From assembly GCA_020445665.1 (NCBI GenBank), contig JAGRGD010000278.1, forward strand, positions 12,987 through 76,986: 64,000 nt of DNA, written 5' to 3'. Shown here in pieces: positions 12,175-21,063 of this stretch; within the stretch, counting starts at the first letter, position 1; each line of letters opens with the position of its first letter. The translations under genes and the position numbers were made by a program. Origin of the DNA: Rhodocyclaceae bacterium. GTDB lineage: Bacteria > Pseudomonadota > Gammaproteobacteria > Burkholderiales > Rhodocyclaceae. Below the pieces are notes generated by a model. It was not told the DNA's origin. It searched no databases and was given only the letters and a program-made list of their open reading frames with translations.

Positions 12175-13197
12175 TCATTGGAAATTTTCGAGGGTGACCT
12201 CGTCTTTTTCCAGTACCTGGGATGCGTTGCCCACCAGCAGGGGATCCGGAGGGCAGGCGACAAGAGGGTCCTTGTCCGGGTACTCGAGCTTCGACAGGAA
12301 ATGGTGCATGCAGTTCAATCGGGCGCGTTTCTTGTCGTCGGACTTGATCACCGTCCACGGCGCGTCCGCCGTGTCGGTGTGGAAGAACATCGCCTTCTTG
12401 GCCTCGGTGTAGTCGTCCCAGCGATCCAGCGACTGGATGTCGATGGGCGACAGCTTCCAGTGCTTGAGGGGGTCATCGCGCCGCGAGATGAAGCGTCGCA
12501 GCTGCTCTTCGCGGCTCACCGAGAACCAGAACTTGAACAGCAGGACGCCACTGTTCACCAGCATCCGCTCCAGTTGCGGCGTCTGGCGCATGAACTCGAG
12601 GTATTCGTTGGGTGAGCAGAAGCCCATCACCCGCTCGACGCCGGCCCGGTTGTACCAGGAGCGGTCGAAGAAGACGATCTCACCCGCGGTGGGAAACTGC
12701 GAAATGTAGCGCTGGAAGTACCACTGGCCGCGCTCCACATCGGACGGCTTCTCGAGGGCCACGACCCGCGCACCGCGGGGGTTCAGGTGTTCCATGTAGC
12801 GTTTAATGGTCCCGCCCTTGCCCGCGGCGTCCCGCCCTTCGAAGAGCAGCACCATGCGCTGCCCGGTCTGCTTGACCCAGCTCTGGACCTTGAGCAACTC
12901 GATCTGGAGCTCGGCCTTGCGGGCCTCGTAATCGCTGCGGCGCATGCGCTCGGGATAGGGGTAGCCCTTGGGCAGCGGTGCGCGTCCGCTGTCTTCCCAG
13001 CTGCCGTGGGGCGCCTCGGCGACCTTGGTGGCCATCGGAGAATGGCTGATCTGCAGGATCTCCGCCGCGGCAGCGGCTTTCTGGGCCGGCCCCGCCTTCT
13101 TGTCGTAGACCTGCGGCGCCTCGTCTTCCGTGGTCTTCACTACGCGGCGCGGGCTGCTTTTTCGCACGGGCTGGCGGCCTGATCGATTGGTCGTCAT
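12175..13197 (-). CDS. ppk2: Polyphosphate kinase 2
   Basis: FEGRDAAGKGGTIKRYMEHLNPRGARVVAL...WYFQRY...FDRSWYNR...LFKFWFSVSREEQLRRF are hallmark PPK2 motifs. Confidence 0.9.
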   Translation of the reverse strand: MTTNRSGRQPVRKSSPRRVVKTTEDEAPQVYDKKAGPAQKAAAAAEILQISHSPMATKVAEAPHGSWEDSGRAPLPKGYPYPERMRRSDYEARKAELQIELLKVQSWVKQTGQRMVLLFEGRDAAGKGGTIKRYMEHLNPRGARVVALEKPSDVERGQWYFQRYISQFPTAGEIVFFDRSWYNRAGVERVMGFCSPNEYLEFMRQTPQLERMLVNSGVLLFKFWFSVSREEQLRRFISRRDDPLKHWKLSPIDIQSLDRWDDYTEAKKAMFFHTDTADAPWTVIKSDDKKRARLNCMHHFLSKLEYPDKDPLVACPPDPLLVGNASQVLEKDEVTLENFQ

Positions 13198-13339
13198 GGG
13201 TCTCCCTCATCGTTGTGGATCGGCGTGCGGCATCGCGGGGCGGCCGCCACAGGATTACTACGGCACCGGCGCATGCAAATTCAGGACAGCGCGCGCCGAA
13301 TGTGATAGCTATCAAGGATAAACAACGGAGGAGATCGAC

Positions 13340-14125
13340 GTGTCGGAATTCGTGCTCTACGAACAGGAGGGTGCCATCGTCACCCTGACCATGAACCGGC
13401 CCGAGCAGCGCAATGCGCTGACCGAGCCCGCCCAGTGGGACGCGCTGGCGGATGCCTGCCGCCGGGTTCAGCGGGACGACACGGTCAAGGTCGTGATCCT
13501 GACCGGTGCGGGCAGCGCCTTCTGCGCCGGCGGCAACGTCAAGGACTTTCGCGACAAGAAAGGGCTTGCCGCAGGCTCGCCCGCACAGATCCGGGAAAAC
13601 TATCGGCGGGGCATCCAGCGCATTCCGATGGCCTTCTGGCGGCTCGATGTGCCCACCATTGCCGCGGTCAATGGGCCGGCAATCGGCGCCGGTTGCGACC
13701 TGGCGTGCATGGCGGACATCCGGATCGCGTCCGAGGATGCGCGCTTCGCCGAGAGCTTCGTCAAGCTCGGGCTGATCCCCGGGGATGGCGGTGCCTGGTT
13801 CCTGCAACGGCTGCTCGGCTATTCGCGCGCGGCCGAGCTGTCATTCACCGGCGACATGATCGATGCGCGCATGGCGCGGGAGATCGGCCTGGTCAATCAC
13901 GTCACCAAGTCCGAGCGGCTTCTGGAGGAAGCGCGCCACCTGGCTGCGCGCATCGCGGCGAACCCGGGTGGGGCGCTACGCATGACCAAGCGCCTGATGC
14001 GCGAAGCGCAGCATCAGGGTCTTGAAACCATTCTCGAGATGTCGGCGGCCTATCAGGCCCTGACCCACCACTCCGAAGACCATGATCTGGCCGTGGCGGA
14101 CTTTCTCGCGTCGCGGGGGCGTTAG
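13340..14125 (+). CDS. Enoyl-CoA hydratase/isomerase family protein
   Basis: Crotonase fold motifs are present (VVILTGAGSAFCAGGNV, AAVNGPAIGAGCDLACMADIRIA). It has a GTG start preceded by GGAGGAG. Confidence 0.85.
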   Translation: MSEFVLYEQEGAIVTLTMNRPEQRNALTEPAQWDALADACRRVQRDDTVKVVILTGAGSAFCAGGNVKDFRDKKGLAAGSPAQIRENYRRGIQRIPMAFWRLDVPTIAAVNGPAIGAGCDLACMADIRIASEDARFAESFVKLGLIPGDGGAWFLQRLLGYSRAAELSFTGDMIDARMAREIGLVNHVTKSERLLEEARHLAARIAANPGGALRMTKRLMREAQHQGLETILEMSAAYQALTHHSEDHDLAVADFLASRGR

Positions 14126-14239
14126 TCGCGGGGTATCCCGTTCGCCGGTCCTCGGCACCTCTGGCGCCGGGTTCCTGCCTGTTTCAGGTGAGCCGCGGCA
14201 GGGCAGCCATGGTGCGATGGCCGGGGCGCATGGTATGGC

Positions 14240-14758
14240 TCACGGCGTGTCGGCCAGGGTGATGTCCACCATCAGGTCCGTGGAGATCCGCTCCAGGTCC
14301 TGCTGCAATCGCGCACTCTCGAACCCCGGCTCGACCAACAGTTCCGCCTCGGCGTGAAACAGGGTCTCCGACGACATCGGCGCGCTTGCGGTGTAGGTGG
14401 ACAGCTTTTCCACATTGACCGAGTGGCGGGCCAGAACGGCCGACAGCTCGCTGACGATGCCGATCCGGTCGTGTCCGACCAGCGCCAGGCTGAAACGGCG
14501 GGAGCCGCTCGGTTCCATCGCCGCCTCGGACGCCTCGACCACCACGCGCAGTTCCGGCAGCGCGGAGAGGGTCGCGATCAGCCCTTCGACCTCCGAATCG
14601 GCGATCTCGACACACAGGACCCCGGCGAACTTTCCCGCCAGGTGCGACATGGAGGATTCGAGCCAGTTGCCCTCCCTGGCGCTGATGATCGAGGCCAGAC
14701 TGCCGACCAGCCCGGGCCGATCGTCGCCGATGACGGTAAGAACGAGCTTGCGTGCCAT
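14240..14758 (-). CDS. gcvR: Glycine cleavage system transcriptional repressor-like protein (two ACT domains)
   Basis: LVLTVIGDDRPGLVGSLASIISAREGNWLESSMSHLAGKFAG and a second repeat, LALVGHDRIGIVSELSAVLARHSVNVEKL, give the GcvR-type tandem ACT arrangement. Confidence 0.7.
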   Translation of the reverse strand: MARKLVLTVIGDDRPGLVGSLASIISAREGNWLESSMSHLAGKFAGVLCVEIADSEVEGLIATLSALPELRVVVEASEAAMEPSGSRRFSLALVGHDRIGIVSELSAVLARHSVNVEKLSTYTASAPMSSETLFHAEAELLVEPGFESARLQQDLERISTDLMVDITLADTP

Positions 14759-14787
14759 GGTGTCTGCCTGTCGAATCGGAATGCCGC

Positions 14788-14802
14788 CATTCTAGCCCGG
14801 AT
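14788..14802 (-). repeat. 15-nt element ATTCTAGCCCGGATC (copy 1), upstream of gcvR-like
   Basis: An identical 15-mer occurs at 16208..16222. On the coding (minus) strand it reads GATCCGGGCTAGAAT and ends in a -10-like TAGAAT about 30 nt before the ATG. Confidence 0.5.
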
Positions 14803-14967
14803 CCAGCGCGGCGCCGGGGGGAATCCGGCCGTGAGTCGAGGGCCGCGGGGGATCGGCGTCGATAGGCTCTCTGACCGTGACGCTCACGCCGGTCAAAGGG
14901 CCGGCAGGGGGTTTCGTCCGGACCGCGACGGGGTATAGTCCGGGCCTTTCCTGCCAATCCATGTGCC

Positions 14968-15357
14968 ATGGCCAGCGACCGACTCTCCGATCTGACCCGC
15001 GACGTCCTCGCGTTCCGGGACGCCCGGGACTGGGCCCAGTTCCATTCCCTGCGCAAGCTGATGGTCTCCCTCAGTCTGGAGGCTGCCGAACTGCTCGAAC
15101 ACACTCAGTGGCTGGACGATCACGAGGTGGATGCCCTGTCCGATAATCCGGAGGCGCGGCAGGCGATGGGGGCGGAGTGTGCCGACGTGCTCACCTATCT
15201 TCTCCTGATTGCCGATCGGGCAGGCATTGATCTCGCTGCGGCGGTGCGCGACAAGCTCGCTCGCAATGCCGAGCGCTATCCGGTGGATCTCGCGCGCGGC
15301 TCGCGGGAGAAGTACACCCGCCTCAAGCGTGGTGACGTGGCCAAGGAGGATCGTTGA
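14968..15357 (+). CDS. MazG-like nucleotide pyrophosphohydrolase
   Basis: FRDARDWAQFHSLRKLMVSLSLEAAELLEH...ECADVLTYLLLIADRAGIDL matches the small MazG/dCTP-pyrophosphatase-type helical bundle with its EXXE motif. Confidence 0.75.
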   Translation: MASDRLSDLTRDVLAFRDARDWAQFHSLRKLMVSLSLEAAELLEHTQWLDDHEVDALSDNPEARQAMGAECADVLTYLLLIADRAGIDLAAAVRDKLARNAERYPVDLARGSREKYTRLKRGDVAKEDR

Positions 15358-15358
15358 G

Positions 15359-15907
15359 ATGGCACTCAAATCGACCGTTTACAAAGCCTCGCTCAATGTG
15401 TCCGACATGGACCGGCACTACTACGCCGAGCACGCGCTGACCCTCGCGCGCCATCCTTCCGAGACCGACGAGCGCATGATGGTGCGCTTGGTGGCCTTCG
15501 CGCTCTATGCCGACGAGCGCCTCGAGTTCGGGCGCGGGCTTTCCACCGAGGATGAGCCGGCGCTGTGGCTGCGTGACTATGATGGCAGCATCCGGCTGTG
15601 GGTCGAGGTGGGTCTGCCGGACGAGCGCATCCTGCGCAAGGCATGTTCGCGGGCCGATCGGGTCGTCCTGCTGGCCTACGGTGGTCGAGGGGTAGGTGTA
15701 TGGTGGGACAACAACAGGAATGCGCTGGCGCGGCTCGACAAACTCGAGGTGCTGGAGGTCCCTCAGGCGGCCAGCGAAGCGCTGACGGGTCTTGTCGAGC
15801 GCGGCATGCAATTGCAGGCGACTATCCAGGATGGGGTGCTGTGGCTGTCCGGCGAGGGCGGCACGGTCGAACTGACGGTACGCCCTCCGGGCGGCAGTTC
15901 GGCCTGA
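15359..15907 (+). CDS. yaeQ: YaeQ family protein
   Basis: MALKSTVYKASLNVSDMDRHYYAEHALTLARHPSETDERMMVRLVAFAL is the YaeQ signature N-terminus. The ATG at 15359 follows the mazG-like stop directly. Confidence 0.85.
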   Translation: MALKSTVYKASLNVSDMDRHYYAEHALTLARHPSETDERMMVRLVAFALYADERLEFGRGLSTEDEPALWLRDYDGSIRLWVEVGLPDERILRKACSRADRVVLLAYGGRGVGVWWDNNRNALARLDKLEVLEVPQAASEALTGLVERGMQLQATIQDGVLWLSGEGGTVELTVRPPGGSSA

Positions 15908-16177
15908 TCAGGCGGTTTCGATCCGCACGATGAGGTCGCCTTCGTCCACCGGATCGTTCTCCTCCACCAGCACCGCGGTGACGATGCCATCGCAAGGGCA
16001 GGGGATGTCGAGCGCGACCTTGCCGGTCTCGAGCACCACCAGCGTGTCGTCGCGGGCGACGGCCTCGCCCTCCGCGACGAGCACGCTCTGGATGTAGATC
16101 TCGCCGCTGGCGCAGGAGCCGCAACTCTCCCAGCACTCGGGATACTTCGGTATCCGCACCTCGCGCAGCGTGCCCAT
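15908..16177 (-). CDS. Stand-alone lipoyl/biotinyl-attachment-domain protein with a Cys-rich insertion
   Basis: VRIPKYPECWESCGSCASGEIYIQSVLVAEGEAVARDDTLVVLETGKVALDIPCPCDGIV has the lipoyl-domain layout, with Lys in ETGKV. The usual GES.TEG loop is replaced by C-x3-C-x2-C. The start is ATG 16177 (GAGGA 6 nt upstream) or ATG 16183. Confidence 0.65.
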   Translation of the reverse strand: MGTLREVRIPKYPECWESCGSCASGEIYIQSVLVAEGEAVARDDTLVVLETGKVALDIPCPCDGIVTAVLVEENDPVDEGDLIVRIETA

Positions 16178-16207
16178 GGCCATTCCTCGACAGTTCGACC
16201 GCGGCAG

Positions 16208-16222
16208 ATTCTAGCCCGGATC
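16208..16222 (-). repeat. 15-nt element ATTCTAGCCCGGATC (copy 2), upstream of the lipoyl-domain gene
   Basis: It is identical to 14788..14802 and sits at the same orientation and similar distance from a minus-strand ATG. Confidence 0.5.
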
Positions 16223-16291
16223 GCGCCCCGGTTTGACACCGGCGGGGAGACAGGGCCGTTGTCAGTCCGATCGCCGCGTCGCCGCCGTGAA

Positions 16292-16317
16292 CGAAAAAAC
16301 GCGGCCGAAGCCGCGTT
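16292..16317 (-). terminator. Intrinsic terminator of cspA
   Basis: The minus strand reads AACGCGGC-UUCG-GCCGCGUU followed by UUUUCGU, 22 nt after the TAA at 16339..16341. Confidence 0.8.
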
Positions 16318-16338
16318 CCTTCTGGAATTCTGTGCGAA

Positions 16339-16548
16339 TTACAGCGGGCGGATGTTCGCCGCCTGCAGACCCTTCGGGCCCTGGCGCACTTCGAACTCGA
16401 CGCGCTGATTTTCAGCCAGGGTCTTGAAGCCGCTGGACTGGATTTCGCGGAAGTGTGCGAAAACGTCCTCACCGCCCTGATCCGGCGTAATGAAGCCGAA
16501 ACCCTTGGAATCGTTGAACCACTTAACGATGCCGGTTTGAGTACTCAT
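16339..16548 (-). CDS. cspA: Cold-shock protein, CspA family
   Basis: [54 protein letters not shown] contains RNP1 and RNP2. Confidence 0.95.
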   Translation of the reverse strand: MSTQTGIVKWFNDSKGFGFITPDQGGEDVFAHFREIQSSGFKTLAENQRVEFEVRQGPKGLQAANIRPL

Positions 16549-16725
16549 GTGTTGCATTCCTTAAAAAAATAACAAGACGGGCCGTGCCCGTTCGGCAGCA
16601 ACGATCAAGTAACGTAAGGCGGGGAAATCAGACGGAAGCCGGGACCGGCATCACCGAGAAAACACCACAGACAGACAGCTTGAATCGACCGCTCCGCAAC
16701 GATACACGCTTTTTTGCCAATCGCG

Positions 16726-16751
16726 AATCGAAATCGCGAAAATTTTCGCGA
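16726..16751 (-). terminator. Palindrome TCGCGAAAATTTTCGCGA plus a third TCGCGAA copy; weak terminator or operator between the EF-hand gene and cspA
   Basis: An 18-bp perfect palindrome lies at 16734..16751, 17 nt after the EF-hand stop. Only UUU follows it. An extra TCGCGAA occurs at 16721..16727. Confidence 0.35.
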
Positions 16752-16767
16752 GGCCGTGGCGCCAGGC

Positions 16768-17061
16768 CTACGGCGCCGCCCAGCGATCATGTCCGACAAA
16801 CTCCTGCCAGGAGAGGAAGCCGTCGGCATCCTTGTCGAATCGAGCGAATGAATTCGCTTTGAAGGGCGACACCGTGGCGACTTCTTCGGCACTCAATCGA
16901 CCATCGCCGTTGGCATCGGCGGAAGCGAACTGGCGCGACGATTTCTCAAAGACCATGCGGGCGATCTCGCCCGGACGACCCGTCTGGTCCAGCTCCGGGA
17001 CGATGGTCTGGGCGCCGGCGAGGGCGGGAAACGCAAGGGCGAGGATCATTGCGAGGCGCAT
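16768..17061 (-). CDS. Secreted EF-hand domain protein
   Basis: MRLAMILALAFPALAGA|Q is a signal peptide. Two EF-hand loops are present (DANGDGRLSAEE and DKDADGFLSWQE). Confidence 0.75.
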   Translation of the reverse strand: MRLAMILALAFPALAGAQTIVPELDQTGRPGEIARMVFEKSSRQFASADANGDGRLSAEEVATVSPFKANSFARFDKDADGFLSWQEFVGHDRWAAP

Positions 17062-17137
17062 GGGGCAGTCCGGCAGGTGGGTCGATGGCACGCTGGATGA
17101 GATAATCGGCGGCAATCCAGCCAATCTTGAGACAGTC

Positions 17138-18049
17138 ATGCCGATACAGTGGTTTCCCGGGCACATGAACGCGGCCCGTCGTCAGGCGGCCGACGCCCTG
17201 GCTCGGGTGGACGTGGTGATCGAGGTCGTCGATGCCCGTCTGCCGGCCGCCAGCAGCAACCCGATGATCGCGGAGCTGTGCCGGGCCCGGAATCGTCCGT
17301 GTCTGAAGCTGCTGAACAAGGTCGATCTGGCCGATCCGGCGGCGACGTCCGAGTGGATCGCCTTTTTCGGGCGCCAGCCGGGGGTCAGCGCTCGGGCCCT
17401 GTCCTGTCGCGAGACGGGCGAGGCCAGGCGCGTGCCCGACCTGTGTCAGGCACTGGCGCCCCACCGGAACGACGGCACCAAACCGTTGCGGATGATGATC
17501 ATGGGCATCCCCAATGTGGGCAAGTCGACCCTGATGAATGCCCTGCTCAAGCGCAAGGTGGCCAAGGTGGGTGACGAGCCGGCCGTGACCAAGCAGCAGC
17601 AGACACTGGAACTGGGCGGGCACCGGCGCCTGACCGACACCCCTGGCCTGATGTGGCCCAAGATCGAGCACGACCTCGACGGCTTCATGCTGGCTGCCAG
17701 CCACGCGATCGGTCGCAACGCGGTGATCGACGAGGAGGTCGCGGCGGTGCTGGGGGACATCCTGCTGGCGCGCTACGGCGAGGCGGTGCTGGAACGCTAC
17801 CGGCTCGACCACGTGGCCGACGGGGTGGCGCTGGTCGAGGCGATTGGCGAGCGGCGGGGTTGCCGCCTGAAAGGGGGCATTCTGGATCTCGAGAAGGCGG
17901 CGAGGATTCTCCTCACCGACTACCGCAGCGGTGCCCTCGGGCGGATCTCTCTGGAGACGCCGGCCAGCCGCGAGGCGATGCTGACCGCAGCTCAGGCGGC
18001 GGGGGGCGAGCCCGATGCCGAGGCGGATTTCTCGGCATCGGCGAGCTGA
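17138..18049 (+). CDS. rbgA: Ribosome biogenesis GTPase YlqF/RbgA
   Basis: MPIQWFPGHMNAARRQ is followed by circularly permuted G motifs (NKVDL...GIPNVGKSTLMN...DTPG). Confidence 0.9.
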   Translation: MPIQWFPGHMNAARRQAADALARVDVVIEVVDARLPAASSNPMIAELCRARNRPCLKLLNKVDLADPAATSEWIAFFGRQPGVSARALSCRETGEARRVPDLCQALAPHRNDGTKPLRMMIMGIPNVGKSTLMNALLKRKVAKVGDEPAVTKQQQTLELGGHRRLTDTPGLMWPKIEHDLDGFMLAASHAIGRNAVIDEEVAAVLGDILLARYGEAVLERYRLDHVADGVALVEAIGERRGCRLKGGILDLEKAARILLTDYRSGALGRISLETPASREAMLTAAQAAGGEPDAEADFSASAS

Positions 18050-18552
18050 GCGGAAAAATCGAGCGCGACGGCCAGTTCGACCTCAATCTGGGCCTCGTGC
18101 CCGGGCGGGCCGTCGATCGGTGCGCCGAGGGCATGCTGCATGGCGTCGAATAGGCCCGCAATCTGCTCAAGCGGCCCGGCGATGATGCGGAGCACCGGCT
18201 CCCGCAGCGGATTGGCCGGCGCCAGGGCAGCGGCCACCTCGCGATGCAGGTGCAGGGTGTGGTCGATGCAGTGACGCATCGCCCCAAGGCGCTCGCGGAT
18301 CTCACCCACCGATACGACGCCGGACGAAGAGAAGACCGCCTGGTGCAGCGCCTGGAGGGCATTGAAGGTATGCACGAAGGCGACGTCGAGTTCGCCGCCG
18401 AGGCTCGCCCGGATCCAGGGCCAGGCGCGTGAGGCCACGCCCGGTCGCTGACTCTGGCTGGCGAGCCGGTCGCGGATGTGGCGGGCCGTTTCGCCGAGTC
18501 GCAGGCTCACGAGCCGGACGTCGGGCGGGGCGGGCGAGGGGGGCTCAGGCAT
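17992..18552 (-). CDS. Hypothetical helical protein
   Basis: GC3-rich coding frame. The start is taken at ATG 18552 (MPEPPSPAPPDVRLV...). It overlaps the upstream small ORF by 8 nt and the 3' end of rbgA convergently by 58 nt. I recognise no family. Confidence 0.5.
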   Translation of the reverse strand: MPEPPSPAPPDVRLVSLRLGETARHIRDRLASQSQRPGVASRAWPWIRASLGGELDVAFVHTFNALQALHQAVFSSSGVVSVGEIRERLGAMRHCIDHTLHLHREVAAALAPANPLREPVLRIIAGPLEQIAGLFDAMQHALGAPIDGPPGHEAQIEVELAVALDFSAQLADAEKSASASGSPPAA

Positions 18553-18778
18553 GTTCTCCCGGCCGGGTGACGCCGGGCAGGAGGGCCAGCCACTGGTGCC
18601 AGCGACCGCAGGCATTGCGCAGGTTGCGGATCGAGCCATCCCAGGGTCCATCGACGCACTGGCCCGTCACCGCCTCATCGGCGAAGCGCACCGTGCCGGC
18701 CTCCTCGCCGACGCGGCGCGGCCCGTTCCATCGCTGGCAGGTGCAGCAACGCCGGCTGTCGGCCTCTACCTGGGTCAT
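18545..18778 (-). CDS. Small Cys/Trp-rich hypothetical protein (77 aa)
   Basis: MTQVEADSRRCCTCQRWNGPRRV...GQCVDGPWDG...NACGRWHQW. Third-codon-position GC is high and it overlaps the next ORF. I recognise no family. Confidence 0.45.
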   Translation of the reverse strand: MTQVEADSRRCCTCQRWNGPRRVGEEAGTVRFADEAVTGQCVDGPWDGSIRNLRNACGRWHQWLALLPGVTRPGEHA

Positions 18779-18857
18779 GTCGCGGCTCCGGGGCTTGGTC
18801 TGATGCAGTGCAATATTATGCCGCGATGTCCGGCGGTCGGCGAGCGCAGCGCGTGCC

Positions 18858-19235
18858 TTACAGGCCGGCGGGCGCCACCGCGCGAACGAAGATCACAGCC
18901 GGAAAAGTGCGTTTGAGGAGCTTGCTGTAGAACGAGCGCATCACGACCCCGTCGGGAAAACGGATCGTGCTGCCGTCGGCGATCGTCGTTCGGGGTGCCG
19001 CCAGCCACAACTCGTCGCCCCCTTCGCGAACCTGGATGTAGGTGTATTCGTTGGCATCCATGTGCTGCAGCACCCGGCCCGTGCGGCTCAGGGGGACGTC
19101 CTGGGGCCGGATGAGCGGTCGCATCTGCTGCATTGCGTCGTCGGGAGAGGGGTGTCCGGGCGGCGGCGCGGCGGCCGCCGTGAGGGGGGCCAGCGTCAGC
19201 AACGCCAGCACGGGTTTGGAGAAGCGCATCGCCAT
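18858..19235 (-). CDS. Exported protein of unknown function
   Basis: MAMRFSKPVLALLTLAPLTAAAA is a signal peptide. It is followed by a compact domain (GRVLQHMDANEYTYIQVREGGDELWLAAPRTTIADGSTIRFPDGVVMRSFYSKLLKRTFPAVIFV). Confidence 0.6.
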   Translation of the reverse strand: MAMRFSKPVLALLTLAPLTAAAAPPPGHPSPDDAMQQMRPLIRPQDVPLSRTGRVLQHMDANEYTYIQVREGGDELWLAAPRTTIADGSTIRFPDGVVMRSFYSKLLKRTFPAVIFVRAVAPAGL

Positions 19236-19314
19236 GCCTCGGGTGATCGTGTGCGTCGATGATCGCCGCCCCGGCCATGGCGGGGCAAGCGCCGTGGCGC
19301 TTGCCCCCGGAATT

Positions 19315-20928
19315 TCAGCGCAGACGGAAGCGCGCCGTCGCCTGCTGGAGGCGGACCGAGACGCCCTCGAGGTTCTTTGCGGCCTCGGCGGTACTTCGCA
19401 CCGCGGCGCTGTTCTCCTCGCTCGACACCGCGATCTGCTCCACCCGGCGGGCGATGTCGTTGCTGGCGGCCGATTGCTCCCGCAGGGCGCTGGTGATCTC
19501 CTCGACGGATTCCACCACGCTGGAGGACTTGTCGCCGATTTCCGAGATCGTGTCGCGGGCCTGCTCCGACAGGGCGTTGCCGGCGCGTACCTTGTCGACG
19601 GCGGAATGCATGCCGCCAACGACCTCGCGGGTGACGCCCTGGATCTCGCCGATCATGCGGGTGATGTCCTGGGTTGACTGGCCGGTGCGTTCCGCGAGCT
19701 TTCGCACTTCGTCCGCCACGACCGCAAAGCCACGGCCCTGCTCACCGGCACGGGCGGCTTCGATGGCGGCATTGAGGGCGAGCAGGTTGGTCTGATCGGC
19801 CACTTCGCGGATGACCATCACGATCGAAGAGATCTCTTCGGACAGCCGGCCCAGTTCCTCGATCCGGGTTGCGGCATCCTCGACCGCGCCGGAGGTGTCC
19901 CGATTGCCGACGAGCAGCTTGTCGATCACGGTCCCCCCTTCCCGCGACGCGGTGCCGGACGAGACCGAGGCTTCGCGAACGTCGTCGGCGCGGGCCGAGA
20001 CATGGCTGATCGAAACGGACATCTCCTCGACGCTCGCGGCCATCGACGAGGCGGACTGGGACTGTTCGTCGGTGGCGACCGAGAGCTGCTCGGTGGTGGT
20101 CGACAGTTCCTCGCTCATCCCCGCCACCTGTTCCGCGTCGGCCTGCATCTGCACGACGATCTCGCGCAGCTTCTGCTGCATGTCCGAACACGAGGATAGC
20201 AGCGCCGCGAACTCGTCCCGGCCCTTGACCACGACATCGCTCGAAAGATCGCCCGCCGCGATGCGCCGGGTGACCTCCTGAGCGGTGGACAGGGCCTTGA
20301 GGATCGACGCAGCGATGCGCAGGCTGACGATGGCGAGCACGATCGCCACCGCCACACCGATTGCGATCGAGACCTGGATGGTGTGCTGGCGGGTCTCGTC
20401 GAAGGCCTTGTCGGCGGCGACCGCCTCAGCCAGGGTCGAATCGGCCATCGACTTCATCTGGTCGCGCACCACTTCCACCTGGGTGTCGATTTCGGCGTCG
20501 ATGGCGCGGACCGACGCGTCGACCGAGTCGGCGTACTCCAGGGTGGGAACGAGCTTCTGCTCAAACAAGGTCACGATGCCTTCGACGCCCTTGCGCGCGC
20601 CGGCGATCGCGGCCTTTTCCTCGGGGGTGTCGGCTTCCTGCGCGAGCTTGTCCAGATCGCCGAACGCCTCTGCCTTCAGCGCTGCGAATTCGCTACGCGC
20701 CGCCGGCAGGTCACGGTTGATGACCGCGTCGCCGACGATCCGATAGAACTGGGAGCCCAGCCGGGACGCTTCCATCGCGTCGCTGGCGGTCTGGGAGCGC
20801 AGGTAGGCGCTGTCCTGCTGCTCGCCCAGCATGTTGAGGTCGGTGGCAACGACGGCCACGAGGAGCAGGATGGCGGCAAAACCGAGACCGGCCAAGGCCA
20901 TGAGGCGAAAGCGGACACTCGCGAACAT
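19315..20928 (-). CDS. Methyl-accepting chemotaxis protein (four-helix-bundle sensor, HAMP, MA domain)
   Basis: The order is TM, periplasmic helical region, TM and HAMP. The highly conserved signalling hairpin is [41 protein letters not shown]. Confidence 0.9.
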   Translation of the reverse strand: MFASVRFRLMALAGLGFAAILLLVAVVATDLNMLGEQQDSAYLRSQTASDAMEASRLGSQFYRIVGDAVINRDLPAARSEFAALKAEAFGDLDKLAQEADTPEEKAAIAGARKGVEGIVTLFEQKLVPTLEYADSVDASVRAIDAEIDTQVEVVRDQMKSMADSTLAEAVAADKAFDETRQHTIQVSIAIGVAVAIVLAIVSLRIAASILKALSTAQEVTRRIAAGDLSSDVVVKGRDEFAALLSSCSDMQQKLREIVVQMQADAEQVAGMSEELSTTTEQLSVATDEQSQSASSMAASVEEMSVSISHVSARADDVREASVSSGTASREGGTVIDKLLVGNRDTSGAVEDAATRIEELGRLSEEISSIVMVIREVADQTNLLALNAAIEAARAGEQGRGFAVVADEVRKLAERTGQSTQDITRMIGEIQGVTREVVGGMHSAVDKVRAGNALSEQARDTISEIGDKSSSVVESVEEITSALREQSAASNDIARRVEQIAVSSEENSAAVRSTAEAAKNLEGVSVRLQQATARFRLR

Positions 20929-21063
20929 GTTGAATCTCCATGAGAGCGTTGGGGTTATCGGACTACCCAAGTTAACGACCGGAGGTAATGTGACTTAATG
21001 TGTCTTTGGTCATAGTCTTTTGCGCTGCATCAAGGTTTGGGCCGGCAGCGCTCCGCCAGCCAC

